A DNA stretch of 64,000 nt. Source: Candidatus Poribacteria bacterium (GTDB taxonomy: Bacteria; Poribacteria; WGA-4E; GCA-2687025). Position 1 is the stretch's first letter. Every line of letters starts with the position of its first letter. Location of the stretch: the NCBI GenBank assembly GCA_963665845.2, contig OY762492.1, forward strand, positions 960,001-1,024,000. Reading direction: 5' to 3'. Below are positions 38,151 through 47,887 of this stretch, in pieces. The notes below the pieces were generated by a model. It had not been told where the DNA came from. It saw only the letters and a list, made by a program, of their open reading frames with translations, and searched no databases. The position numbers and the translations under genes were made by a program.

Positions 38151-38939
38151 TTAGCGTTGATCCCGCAAATCTGCCCATTGAACCGCGAGTTTTCCTGCAG
38201 GTTCCACCGACAGCAGAATATCGCCCGCCATGGCGGTCTGAATCTCATCCGGCGTCAGCGCGGCGCTCCAGATGCCCACCTCGTCAACGGAACCGTGGAA
38301 ATGTTCGCGGTTGCCTTCGCTGTTTCGCGCGATGGCGACCGGCACATCGTTGGTCGCAATCGGTCCTGAGGCGGCGGCAGTCAATACCTCCTTGCCGTCC
38401 TGGTAAAGGCGCATGACGGCTCCGTCGTATGTGGCGGCGATGTGGTTCCACTCGTTGGCCGGCATTTGAGGCGTTTGGCCGTTGCGGCACAGCCGCTCCT
38501 GTCCATTGCCGGTGGCAATCGTGAAGCCGAGTCGCCCGTCGGTGCCGGCCATCTCGTAAAAGCCGTACGACATCCACGGCCAAGTATCGCCCGCCCAGCA
38601 TTTGTTGACGATCCGCTGCCATTCGTTGTTGAACGTCGTCGGATAAACCCACGCCATGAGCGTGATCTCATCGACGATGTCGAGCGAAGGCGAGTCCGGC
38701 ACCTCCACCCATCCGCCGGCCTGGCCGCTGAAAGAGACCCCTTTGCCGTACTTGCCGTCCGCCCACTTCGCCATGTGAACCGTTCCGTTGTTGCCATGCT
38801 TGGAGGCGTCCATCGCCGCGCCGCCGGCGCCTTCTTCAAAATCGAGATACAGAACGAGCGCGCTGTTCTGAACCGCCCAGCTGCTCCCGTGAAACAGACA
38901 CAGCGCCGCAACGCTTGTCAAAAAGATTCGTTGCATCAT
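38151..38939 (-). CDS. Secreted LamG/concanavalin A-like domain protein
   Basis: Signal peptide, LVLYLDFEEG, WNHIAATYDG, GSVDEVGIW, tail LSVEPAGKLAVQWADLR. Confidence 0.88.
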   Translation of the reverse strand: MMQRIFLTSVAALCLFHGSSWAVQNSALVLYLDFEEGAGGAAMDASKHGNNGTVHMAKWADGKYGKGVSFSGQAGGWVEVPDSPSLDIVDEITLMAWVYPTTFNNEWQRIVNKCWAGDTWPWMSYGFYEMAGTDGRLGFTIATGNGQERLCRNGQTPQMPANEWNHIAATYDGAVMRLYQDGKEVLTAAASGPIATNDVPVAIARNSEGNREHFHGSVDEVGIWSAALTPDEIQTAMAGDILLSVEPAGKLAVQWADLRDQR

Positions 38940-39119
38940 GTCAAATTCTCCTTGTTGATGCCGCTGCCCTTAGCAGACGAGCCTGACTCATCTGCGCCTT
39001 GCCGCAGCGAAAACCTGCCCAGGCTTTACACTTCTGCGGCGTCGGCAGTGTAACCGAATTTGGCTTTTGAATCAAGCGCTTTCTGCTGACGACAGTCTCT
39101 ACTGGCGATGGCGCTGGTT

Positions 39120-39248
39120 TTAGAGGGTTTCGCTTTGGAATGCGGAGGTTGTCTGGGAAAACTCTGGATTCCCGCTTGCGCTGGAGCGCATGTCCCCGCG
39201 GAAGCGGGAACGGTCTGGTTGGCAAAGCCTTTTTCCATGAATAAAGGC
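39120..39248. repeat. Degenerate MITE-internal/REP composite with a nested palindrome
   Basis: GATTCCCGCTTGCG interrupted by GCATGTCCCCGCGGAAGCGGGAA. TTTTCCATGAATAAAG is shared with the 25779 MITE. Confidence 0.65.
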
Positions 39249-39318
39249 GGTACGCTCATGCGGCGATGATGGTAGAATCTGCCTTAAATTGGCGCAATTC
39301 AACACAGGACTTTCGCGC

Positions 39319-40335
39319 ATGAAAATAAAGAATGTCGTCGTCACTGGGCAAAACGAGGTGGAGCTTCAAGAGGCGGAGCTGGACGAAAACCTGCGCCCTA
39401 ACGACCTGCTCATCGAAACGGAGGCAACCTACATCAGCTCCGGAACCGAGCTGGCAAACTACACAGGCGTAGAGCCGAAAACGCAGTTGCGCGGGCAATG
39501 GTGTTCATACCCATGGAAATCGGGCTATGCGAATGTTGGGATGGTACGCGCCGCCGGCGCCGCCGTCTCAAGGGCGCAGGTCGGCGACCGCGTCTTCACC
39601 TACGCCAACCACACTTCCCATGCCCGATACGACGCCTCCCGCCTCGTCGTCCAGGTTCCTGGCGGCATGGACTCGGCGACCGCCGCCGCCTCGCGCATGA
39701 CAGGCGTCGCTGTAACGGCGCTTCTGGTCGCCGATCTGCGGGACAATCCATGGGTCGCCGTGTACGGGCTTGGGATGGTCGGCAACCAGGCGGCGCAGGC
39801 GTTCCGCATACGCGGCTTCCGCGTCATCGGCGTCGACCCTGTCCAGAAACGGCGCGAAATCGCCGAGCAGTGCGGCGTTACGCATACGGTCGGCGGAACG
39901 CCCGACGAAGCGCATGCGGCAATACGGGAGATCACGCGCGGCTCCATGGCGGGCGTCTCGGTGGACGCGGTCGGGCATGGCGCCGTCTGCGCGCAGGCGC
40001 TGAAAGCGACCAGCGACCATGGACAGCTGATCATCTTAGGCTCGCCGAGGGCGCCTGTAGAGACAAACATCACCGAGTTTTTGTCCGACGTACATTTAAG
40101 GTGGATCTCGGTGCGCGGCGCGTTGGAATGGATGCTGCCGATGTATCCGACCGTCGGACGCCGCCCGTCCCAGTACACGAAGCAGCGCATGATTTTCGAC
40201 TGGATGGAGCGGGGGGAGCTTCAGCTGGAGCCGCTCATCTCGCACCGCATGAAGCCTGAGCAGATCAAGCAGGCGTACGACGGGCTGCGCGATCATCCTG
40301 AAACCTATACAGGCGTCGCGTTGGAGTGGCGGTAA
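39319..40335 (+). CDS. MDR-family (zinc-binding-type) dehydrogenase
   Basis: ISSGTEL, GYANVG, VYGLGMVG, LISH. Confidence 0.85.
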   Translation: MKIKNVVVTGQNEVELQEAELDENLRPNDLLIETEATYISSGTELANYTGVEPKTQLRGQWCSYPWKSGYANVGMVRAAGAAVSRAQVGDRVFTYANHTSHARYDASRLVVQVPGGMDSATAAASRMTGVAVTALLVADLRDNPWVAVYGLGMVGNQAAQAFRIRGFRVIGVDPVQKRREIAEQCGVTHTVGGTPDEAHAAIREITRGSMAGVSVDAVGHGAVCAQALKATSDHGQLIILGSPRAPVETNITEFLSDVHLRWISVRGALEWMLPMYPTVGRRPSQYTKQRMIFDWMERGELQLEPLISHRMKPEQIKQAYDGLRDHPETYTGVALEWR

Positions 40336-40374
40336 GCCTCTTTTTCGGCTACACTTAAAAACAGGGAGGGAAGA

Positions 40375-40611
40375 ATGCCGATTAGCGACGAACTGCTTGA
40401 AATACTTGTATGCCCGCTGTCCAGAAAGCCGCTTGTGTACGATCCGGCGGCGGACGCGCTCCTTTCAACCGACCCTGAAACGCGCCGCCGTTACCGCATC
40501 GAGAACGGAATACCGATCATGCTGGCGGACGATGAGCATTCGGAGCAAATGTCCGAAAAGGAATGGAGCGCGGCGCTGGCGAAGCTGCAGACGGACGGCG
40601 CAGACGAATGA
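40375..40611 (+). CDS. Trm112/YcaR family protein
   Basis: LLEILVCP...YRIENGIPIML. GGAGG RBS. Confidence 0.85.
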   Translation: MPISDELLEILVCPLSRKPLVYDPAADALLSTDPETRRRYRIENGIPIMLADDEHSEQMSEKEWSAALAKLQTDGADE

Positions 40612-41321
40612 AGCTGGCGTATGAGAACGCGGATTTTATGCAGGGCGAGGAGGCGCGCCCTCTGCGCATTCTTGCCGAGTATTTGGACCCGAAGCGGCGG
40701 TTTGAATCGGAGGGAGTGAGCGGGACGGTCGTCTTTTTCGGCTCCTCCCGAATACGCGAGGACAGCCCCTTAAAACGTTATTACGAAGCGGCGCGGGAGC
40801 TGGCGCGTCAAATCTCCGAATGGCAAATGAAACAGCCCGACGGCGAGCGTCTGATCGTCTGCACAGGCGGCGGTCCAGGCATTATGGAGGCGGCAAACCG
40901 CGGGGCGCATGACGCGGGCGCCGCGTCCGCCGGCCTCGGCATTCAGCTGCGCAGCCCAGAGTGGTTGAACCCTTACATGACGCCGCAGCTGGCGATGAAC
41001 TTTCATTACTTTTTTATGCGCAAATGGTGGCTCATCGCGCCGGCGCGCGCGGCGGTCCTCTTCCCTGGCGGACTTGGCACCATGGACGAGATGTTTGAGT
41101 TGCTGGCGCTGACGCAGACGCGCAAAATCAAACCGCCCGCCCTGATTCTCTACGGCTCCGAATACTGGAACAAGGCGGTCAACTTTGAAGCGATGGCGGA
41201 ATGGGGGTTGATTTCGCCCCAGGACATCCAGCTGTTTCAAACCGCCGACCGCCCCGACGAAGCGCTGCGGATACTGCAGGCGGCGCTGGAGGAGAACCCG
41301 CATGGCGTTCGTGATCGCTGA
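40608..41321 (+). CDS. LOG family nucleotide phosphoribohydrolase (TIGR00730-like)
   Basis: [39 protein letters not shown]. Confidence 0.9.
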   Translation: MKLAYENADFMQGEEARPLRILAEYLDPKRRFESEGVSGTVVFFGSSRIREDSPLKRYYEAARELARQISEWQMKQPDGERLIVCTGGGPGIMEAANRGAHDAGAASAGLGIQLRSPEWLNPYMTPQLAMNFHYFFMRKWWLIAPARAAVLFPGGLGTMDEMFELLALTQTRKIKPPALILYGSEYWNKAVNFEAMAEWGLISPQDIQLFQTADRPDEALRILQAALEENPHGVRDR

Positions 41322-41538
41322 ACCTTGCATCGATGTGAAAGACTCCGCCTGCGTGGACGTATGCCCCGTCGACTGCATTTACGAAGGCTCCGACCAGTTT
41401 TATATCCATCCGGACGAATGCATCGACTGCGGCATATGCGACCCTGAATGCCCCGTCGAGGCGATTTTTGACGAGAACGGACTGCCGGACGAGTGGCTCG
41501 CCTACATCGAAAAAAACCGCGCCTTTTTTGAGGATTGA
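41302..41538 (+). CDS. 7Fe ([3Fe-4S][4Fe-4S]) ferredoxin, copy 1
   Basis: C8-x7-C16-x3-C20P and [22 protein letters not shown]. Confidence 0.92.
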   Translation: MAFVIAEPCIDVKDSACVDVCPVDCIYEGSDQFYIHPDECIDCGICDPECPVEAIFDENGLPDEWLAYIEKNRAFFED

Positions 41539-41570
41539 CGCCTAACATACGGCGCGCCGCAAACGCGAAA

Positions 41571-41733
41571 CCCTCCTAACCCCCCTTTCAAGGGGGAGTC
41601 CAGAAACCCCGCGCCCTCAATAGCCTGCCCCCGTGAAAACGGGGGTCATTCCCGCGTAAGCGGGAATCTTAGGCGCCGAAGGAGATGTCCGCTTTCACCT
41701 GCCGACATGTCCCAATTATAGACGTAAGGTCAG
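41571..41733. repeat. REP cluster plus one MITE end inside the ferredoxin array
   Basis: Modules A and B and GCCTGCCCCCGTGAAAACGGGGG. Ends TGTCCCAATTATAGACGTAAGGTCAG. Confidence 0.75.
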
Positions 41734-41809
41734 AGAAAGAAAACCGCGCCAAACGCGCTCCTCCCCGCTATACTTAAATTCAATATCCCTTCAACTCGGA
41801 GGCGGAGAG

Positions 41810-42046
41810 ATGGCTTACATCATCGTGGAACCGTGCATCGACGTGAAGGACTCGGCATGCGTTATCGTATGCCCCGTTGAGTGCATCTACGAGGGACCCG
41901 ACCAGTACTACATTCACCCGGACGAGTGCATCGACTGCGCGCTCTGCGTCCCTGAATGTCCGGTCGAAGCCATCTTTGACGAGGATGATGTTCCTGACCA
42001 GTGGCTGGACTACATCGAGAAGAACCGCGACTTCTTCGAGGACTGA
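41810..42046 (+). CDS. 7Fe ferredoxin, copy 2
   Basis: Same Cys pattern; [12 protein letters not shown]. Confidence 0.92.
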   Translation: MAYIIVEPCIDVKDSACVIVCPVECIYEGPDQYYIHPDECIDCALCVPECPVEAIFDEDDVPDQWLDYIEKNRDFFED

Positions 42047-42063
42047 TTGGAGAGGAGAGCCGC

Positions 42064-42381
42064 ATGGCGTATGTGATTGTGGAGCCTTGCATCGGCGTGA
42101 AAGATTCGGCGTGCGTTGAAGTCTGCGCGCCGGACGCCATCCATGAGGGCGAGGATCAGTTCTACATCGATGCGTACGAGTGCATGTCATGCGGGGTGTG
42201 CGAGCCGGAATGCCCCGTTGAAGCGATCTACGAGGATGAATCGGTGCCTGAACAATGGCTCGGATACATTGAAAAAAGCCGCCGATTTTTCATGGACGAC
42301 ACGCTGGATATTCCAGACTCGGAGCCTGAATGGCTCAAGGAGCTGAACAAGCGGCGCGACAGCTTTTACAAAAAATCGTGA
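42064..42381 (+). CDS. 7Fe ferredoxin, copy 3 (divergent, C-terminal extension)
   Basis: CVEVCAPDAI; CMSCGVCEPECP; ~27-aa extra tail. GAGGAG RBS. Confidence 0.88.
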   Translation: MAYVIVEPCIGVKDSACVEVCAPDAIHEGEDQFYIDAYECMSCGVCEPECPVEAIYEDESVPEQWLGYIEKSRRFFMDDTLDIPDSEPEWLKELNKRRDSFYKKS

Positions 42382-42444
42382 ATCGAGCCGCAAAATGCGC
42401 TATAATGATTGTTGCGACATGAGCGACACAGAGAAGGAGCGACC

Positions 42445-42684
42445 ATGGCATTTATCATCGTTGAGCCGTGCATTGACGTGAAAGATTCAGCATGCGTGGA
42501 TGTCTGCCCCGTCGACTGCATCCATGAAGGCGAGGATCAGTTCTACATTCACCCGGAGGAGTGCATCGACTGCGCCGTCTGCGAGCCGGAATGCCCCGTC
42601 GAGGCGATCTTCGAGGAGGATGCGGTTCCTGACCAGTGGTTCGATTACATTGAAAAGAACGCGGCTTTCTTTGAAGATGAGTAA
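42445..42684 (+). CDS. 7Fe ferredoxin, copy 4
   Basis: Same Cys pattern. AAGGAG RBS. TATAAT at 42401. Confidence 0.92.
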   Translation: MAFIIVEPCIDVKDSACVDVCPVDCIHEGEDQFYIHPEECIDCAVCEPECPVEAIFEEDAVPDQWFDYIEKNAAFFEDE

Positions 42685-42700
42685 GCCGCATGCTAAGGAG

Positions 42701-42748
42701 CGCCGCGCTTCGCGTTGAACCGGCGGAGCGCGGCGGGGTTCGCCTTTT
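42701..42748 (+). terminator. GC-rich hairpin after the ferredoxin array (possible terminator or stabiliser)
   Basis: 13-bp stem CGCCGCGCTTCGC/GCGGAGCGCGGCG. The T-tract is short and offset. Confidence 0.35.
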
Positions 42749-42780
42749 CAACCTGCGAACCGTACCGGAATTTTGCGCCC

Positions 42781-43578
42781 ATGAGCATTCCAATGAGCAT
42801 CGCCGCTGAAATGCCGTTCAAGCCGTTCTACGACGCGACCGAGCTGGTCAACCGACCCGCCGAGCTGCGCCGGCGGATGCGTCAAGACGGGTATCTGTTC
42901 TTTCCAACGCTGCTGCCGACCGAGCCTGTTGAGCGGCTGCGCATGGACATTCTGCGCATTCTGCGGCGTCACGGGCTGACCGACGCGGACGCGCCCCTGG
43001 AAAAGGGACTCTACAAAGGCGGCGAACCGCCCGGGCGCGAGGCTCTGCTTCAGTTTCACTTAGAAATCAACAAGCTGGAATCGTTCGACGCGCTCGCGCG
43101 GGAGCCGAAACTCATGGGGGTCATGTCGCGTCTCATTGACGGAGATGTGCATGTCCATACGCGCAAGATCTGCCGCGTCAAATACCCGCATGACCCGTAC
43201 GACATTGTGCTGCCGCATCAAGATTTTTGGTATATTCGCGGCGCGCAGGAGACCTATTCCGTCTGGCTGCCGTTGATGGCGATGGATGAGCGGGTCGGCG
43301 GGCTGGCGGCGGCGCGCGGCTCTCATACGCTCGGGCCGCTGCCGCATCAGGCCGCGGAAAGCTCCCGTTTTGCGGGCATATCGGACGAAACGGCGGAAGG
43401 TTTAGACTGGCGCCGCTCCTCCTTTCAACAGGGAGACGCGCTCATTTTTCACAGCCTCACCGCGCACCAGGGACTGCTGAACCGCTCGCCGTATATCCGC
43501 TTATCGATGGATTGCCGCTATCAGCGGGAAGGAACCGCGATGCAGGCAAGCCACTCCCGCCCGCACTTTGAGAGCTGA
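42781..43578 (+). CDS. Phytanoyl-CoA dioxygenase (PhyH) family
   Basis: DGYLF, PHQD, GSH, GDALIFH.LTAH, RLSMDCRY. Confidence 0.88.
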   Translation: MSIPMSIAAEMPFKPFYDATELVNRPAELRRRMRQDGYLFFPTLLPTEPVERLRMDILRILRRHGLTDADAPLEKGLYKGGEPPGREALLQFHLEINKLESFDALAREPKLMGVMSRLIDGDVHVHTRKICRVKYPHDPYDIVLPHQDFWYIRGAQETYSVWLPLMAMDERVGGLAAARGSHTLGPLPHQAAESSRFAGISDETAEGLDWRRSSFQQGDALIFHSLTAHQGLLNRSPYIRLSMDCRYQREGTAMQASHSRPHFES

Positions 43579-43598
43579 CCCCTTGAACGGAGCGGGTC

Positions 43599-45008
43599 AT
43601 GGTCGTCCCCCAAGACCGCGCCAAACTCCGCATTGAATGCGTCCATTCCGTTCCGAGAGCGGTTGACCCGTATCGCCTGCTGCGCGCGCTGGTTGATGAG
43701 GGCGCCGCCCGCCCCGCCCTTTTTGAGAGCGCTCTTCCGCAAAGCCGACTCAGCCGATGGAGCTTTTTAGCCGTCGATCCGTTTGCGGCGTTTTTGGCGC
43801 GCGGCAACCGCATTTTAGAAACGCGGAGCGGCAAGAGGCGCGTCTACCGCCGGCATCCGCTGCGCGCTTTTCAAGAAATGCTGAATCGATACCAAGCGCA
43901 TCCCTGTTTAGAAACGCCCGCCCCGTTTCAATGCGGCGCGGCGGCCGCCCTTTCATACGACATGGCGCGCCTGATCGATCCTTTTTCTAAAAACTGGTCT
44001 CTGGACGAGTCAGCCGCGCCCGACATCGACGCCGCCTTCTATGCAGGCTCCGCCGCCATTGACCATCAGCGCGGAGAGACCTCATTTTATCGGATGGTCG
44101 GCGGCGGCTTGCCGTCTCCCGCATGGCTGGACCGCGCCGTTCGCCTCGCCGAGGAGGGCTGTCCCGCGGTTGAACCGTACCGCGAACCCGCCCCCCGCCA
44201 TGCGCGCTCCAACATGACGCGGGAGGCGTATATCGAGGCGGTTGAAAGCGCGCAGCGGCGCATCGCGCGCGGCGAAATCTATCAGGCCAACATCGCGCGA
44301 ATGATAGAGGCGCCATGGACGGAGGGCGCGTTGCCGCTTTACGCCCGCCTCCGCCGACACAACCCGGCGCCGTTTGCCGCCTACCTCGAAGGGGCGGAGC
44401 AGACGCTGGCGAGTTCATCGCCGGAGCGTTTTTTGCGTTTTGACGCCCAGACGCGCCGCTTGGAAACGCGCCCCATCAAAGGCACGCGCCCCGTCGGACA
44501 GATGGAGGAGCTGATGGCAAGCGAAAAGGAGGCGGCGGAGCTGGTCATGATCGTCGACATGGAGAGGAACGACCTGGGGCGCGTCTGCGAATACGGGTCG
44601 GTGCGGACAGCGGAGCTGCGGACGGCGGAGGCGTATGCGTCGGTCGTTCACACATCGGCGCTGGTGGAGGGGGTCGCGCGGGCGGGGGCGTCGGCGGAGG
44701 AGATGCTGCGGGCGGCGTTTCCGGGCGGCTCCATCACGGGGGCGCCGAAGTCGCGCGCCGTTCAGATTATCCGCGAATTGGAGGCGGAGCCGCGCGGCTT
44801 TTATACGGGCGCGCTCGGCTGGTTCGACCTTGCAGGTTCGTTCGATTTAAGCGTCGCAATACGCATCTTGACGGCGCGGGGCGGGGCGGTACGGTTCGGC
44901 GTCGGGAGCGGCATCGTCGCCGATTCGTCCCCGCCGGACGAATACGAGGAGACGCGCCATAAAGCGTCCGCGCTGCTGAAGGCGTTGAACGCGCAAGAGA
45001 CGCATTGA
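43599..45008 (+). CDS. pabB: Aminodeoxychorismate/anthranilate synthase component I
   Basis: SSSPERF, TRPIKGT, MIVDMERNDLGRV, FPGGSITGAPK, YTGALG. PIKGT favours PabB. Confidence 0.8.
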   Translation: MVVPQDRAKLRIECVHSVPRAVDPYRLLRALVDEGAARPALFESALPQSRLSRWSFLAVDPFAAFLARGNRILETRSGKRRVYRRHPLRAFQEMLNRYQAHPCLETPAPFQCGAAAALSYDMARLIDPFSKNWSLDESAAPDIDAAFYAGSAAIDHQRGETSFYRMVGGGLPSPAWLDRAVRLAEEGCPAVEPYREPAPRHARSNMTREAYIEAVESAQRRIARGEIYQANIARMIEAPWTEGALPLYARLRRHNPAPFAAYLEGAEQTLASSSPERFLRFDAQTRRLETRPIKGTRPVGQMEELMASEKEAAELVMIVDMERNDLGRVCEYGSVRTAELRTAEAYASVVHTSALVEGVARAGASAEEMLRAAFPGGSITGAPKSRAVQIIRELEAEPRGFYTGALGWFDLAGSFDLSVAIRILTARGGAVRFGVGSGIVADSSPPDEYEETRHKASALLKALNAQETH

Positions 45009-45077
45009 CCTCCGACCCCGCTGAAATCTCCATCAACACACCGCCCTCAACATGCCCGAATTCCATGCGGTAAAGGC

Positions 45078-45950
45078 TTATTGAGCGTCCTGTTCTGCGC
45101 GTCCAAAAACGGCCGCCGCGCCGCATGCCGCCACCACAACGGCGCCGCCGAGCGCCATCCGCGCGGTGAACGGCTCTTGGAACGCCAACGCGCCCGCCGC
45201 GCAGTTCACCGCCGGCGCCAACATTGACCATAAAGCGCCCTCTGTTCCGCTGATATGCTTGAACGCCGCCGCGTCCAGAATTTTCGCGGACGCGCCGCTG
45301 ACGCCGATTCCGATCAGCAGCCCCCATGCAGGCAGCGAATACGCGGCGCCCTCATTCAGCGTCGGAACGCTGGTCGTCAACACGCCGACCGCCGCGAGAC
45401 CCAAGAAGATCATCGGCGCCGACTCGACCGCGCTCAACCGCTTTATGACAAGGATCGCCAGCCCGCCCAAAACGCCCGCGCCGAGCGCCGCCATGTCGAC
45501 CGCCGACACGCCGCCGAACCCGCCCGACGGAAGCAGCAGCAGATACAGTCCGCCAAAAGCGGACAGGACGCATGCCCATAGCCGTATCGACGGGCTTTCT
45601 TTTGTCGTCAAGGGCGCCAGTAAAGCCGCCCAGATGGGGGCGGTGTAGATCAGGAGCGACGCCTTCGCCAACCCGATCGTCACGATGGCATGGAAATAGA
45701 CGACCATCGCCGAGGAGCCGAGCAGACCGCGTATCAACAGCAGAAAAGGGCGCCGCGGACGCAGCGAACGACCCGACAACATGATCCAGACGGCGACCGC
45801 CGCGCCGCCGATGGCGAATCGAAAAAAGGAGGTGGAAAAGGCGCTCAACGCCTCCATTCCGCGCGTCAAACGCGCCAAAACGCTCATGAGCGAGATCGTC
45901 AGCGACGAGGCTGCCATGAGCGCAAAGCCGCGCGTTCGGTTTGGGCGCAT
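45078..45950 (-). CDS. DMT/EamA family transporter
   Basis: About 10 hydrophobic helices; FFRF, YTAPIW. Confidence 0.85.
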   Translation of the reverse strand: MRPNRTRGFALMAASSLTISLMSVLARLTRGMEALSAFSTSFFRFAIGGAAVAVWIMLSGRSLRPRRPFLLLIRGLLGSSAMVVYFHAIVTIGLAKASLLIYTAPIWAALLAPLTTKESPSIRLWACVLSAFGGLYLLLLPSGGFGGVSAVDMAALGAGVLGGLAILVIKRLSAVESAPMIFLGLAAVGVLTTSVPTLNEGAAYSLPAWGLLIGIGVSGASAKILDAAAFKHISGTEGALWSMLAPAVNCAAGALAFQEPFTARMALGGAVVVAACGAAAVFGRAEQDAQ

Positions 45951-45986
45951 GTTCCCTTTCCGTCGTCTATAGAGAGCGCCGCGCGT

Positions 45987-46077
45987 CGTCATTCCCGCGC
46001 CACCGGGGCGTCATTCCCGCGCCACCGGGGCGTCATTCCCGCGCCCCCTCCTCGTCATTCCCGCGTAAGCGGGAATC
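45987..46077. repeat. 22-bp tandem array derived from REP module B
   Basis: CGTCATTCCCGCG begins four consecutive units; the last is a complete palindrome. Confidence 0.85.
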
Positions 46078-46180
46078 TTAAGACATCGCAGCCGCCGCAA
46101 TCCATGTTGGCGCCGGGCGTTAAAAAAGGTATAATAGCGGCGGACGCATGTCAAAATAAAACGAACGGAAAGGCGGTCGA

Positions 46181-47224
46181 ATGCGCGGTTTCGGTATCGT
46201 CGGATGCGGTATGGTCTCGGAGTTTCACGCCAGAGCGATTGAGGCGCTGCCAAACGCCCGGCTGCGCGCCGTGTACTCCAGAAGCGAAGAGAACGCGAAA
46301 CGGCGCGGCGAGCAGTTCAACGCCGACTGGACGACCGACCTGGATCGTCTGCTCAACCGAAGCGACATCGACATTGTGAGCGTTTGCTCCGCGAGCGGCG
46401 CGCATGCCGAATCGACCATCGCCGCCGCTCAAGCGGGCAAACATGTCATCGTTGAAAAGCCGCTCGACATTACGCTGGAGCGCATCGACGACATGATTGA
46501 GGCATGCGCCGAGGCGGGCGTTCAATTGAGCGGCGTCTTTCAGTCGCGGTTTCATCCGACAAGCCGGCTGCTGAAAAAAGCGGTTGAAAGCGGACGGTTC
46601 GGGCGTCTCACGCTGGCGGAAGCGACCGTCAAATGGTGGCGCTCGCAGGCGTATTACGACGAAGGCGGATGGAAAGGCACCAAAGCGCTGGACGGCGGCG
46701 GCGCGCTCATGAACCAGTCGATTCACGCCATTGACCTTCTGCAGTGGCTCATGGGACCCGCGGCGGAGGTTGCCGCGTTCACCGACACGCTCGCGCATGA
46801 GCGCATCGACGTTGAAGACACGGCGGCGGCATGCGTCCGTTTTCAGAACGGGGCGTTGGGCGTCATTCAGGGCGCGACATCGGTTCATCCAGGCTTCTTT
46901 AAAAAAATAGAGATCTCCGGCGACCGAGGCAGCGTCGTCATGGAGGAGGAGAACATCGCGTTCTGGCAGTTCGACGAGGAAACGGACGAGGACGAACGGA
47001 TACGCGCCGAGTTTGCCGATCAAACGCAGACAGGAGGCGGCGCAAGCGACCCCTCCGCCATCAGCTTTGAGGGGCACCGCCGCCAGTTTGAAGCGTTTAT
47101 TGACCAGATCGAGACGGGCGGATCCAGCGGGCTGGACGGAGCGGAAGCGCGCAAGGCGGTTGAGATCATCCTCGCGATCTACAGGTCGGCGGAGACGCGC
47201 AGCGTTGTGCCGCTTCCGTTGTAG
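46181..47224 (+). CDS. Gfo/Idh/MocA family oxidoreductase
   Basis: GIVGCGMV, HVIVEKP, GGGALMNQSIH. Confidence 0.9.
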   Translation: MRGFGIVGCGMVSEFHARAIEALPNARLRAVYSRSEENAKRRGEQFNADWTTDLDRLLNRSDIDIVSVCSASGAHAESTIAAAQAGKHVIVEKPLDITLERIDDMIEACAEAGVQLSGVFQSRFHPTSRLLKKAVESGRFGRLTLAEATVKWWRSQAYYDEGGWKGTKALDGGGALMNQSIHAIDLLQWLMGPAAEVAAFTDTLAHERIDVEDTAAACVRFQNGALGVIQGATSVHPGFFKKIEISGDRGSVVMEEENIAFWQFDEETDEDERIRAEFADQTQTGGGASDPSAISFEGHRRQFEAFIDQIETGGSSGLDGAEARKAVEIILAIYRSAETRSVVPLPL

Positions 47225-47235
47225 GAGACGGATGG

Positions 47236-47835
47236 ATGAACTGGACGCGCATTTGCGTTCTGTGCTGCATTGCGTTGGCGGCTGCGGGCTGCGGCGGGGA
47301 CAATCCCGCGGAGCCGGCGAACGCCCAAGCCGCCCTAAAACGCGGATGGGCGGCGTATACAAACGGCGCCTTTTCGGACGCGCTGCTTGAGTTTGAACGC
47401 GCCGTCAACCTGGACGCGGCGCTGGCGGACGCGCACAACGGAGCGGGATGGGCGCATCTGTCGCTGGCGCAGGGGGAGCCGTCCGCGGCGGCGGTCGATC
47501 TCGCGGAGGCGTCTTTCAGGCGGGCTGTACAGAACGACGCGGCGTTGAGCGACGCCTGGGTCGGGCTGGCGATGGCGCTGTATGTCCGGCGGACGGACGC
47601 TGACGATCTGAACGAGGCGGGGGAAGCTTTATCAACGGCGCTGCGTTCGGGCGGGGCGTCGCTGTATCGGCATGATTATGCGTCCGAGGCGGACATCGCC
47701 GCGCTGGACGCTTGGCGGCTTTATTACGCGGGCGATTCAGCCGCCGCTTTTCGGCGGGCAAGCGATGCCTTGAATTTGAACCCCAGCTTGCAGGCGGCGC
47801 TGATTTTGTTGAAGATGCCTGCTCTGTCGGAATAG
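47236..47835 (+). CDS. TPR lipoprotein
   Basis: Lipobox AAAGC and TPR-like helices. Confidence 0.75.
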   Translation: MNWTRICVLCCIALAAAGCGGDNPAEPANAQAALKRGWAAYTNGAFSDALLEFERAVNLDAALADAHNGAGWAHLSLAQGEPSAAAVDLAEASFRRAVQNDAALSDAWVGLAMALYVRRTDADDLNEAGEALSTALRSGGASLYRHDYASEADIAALDAWRLYYAGDSAAAFRRASDALNLNPSLQAALILLKMPALSE

Positions 47836-47887
47836 ACAGCCCTCCTTGCCGTTTGGGAGAAGTTTTGACGGTAATAAGGAGTTGAAG

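Noticed and set aside
39259-39300. Fluoride riboswitch (GGCGATG...)
   Set aside because: Pseudoknot and downstream consensus are missing; TAGAAT is better explained as a -10 box.
45987-46077. CRISPR mini-array
   Set aside because: Unit is only 22 bp with 9-nt intervening segments, two of them identical; no cas genes.
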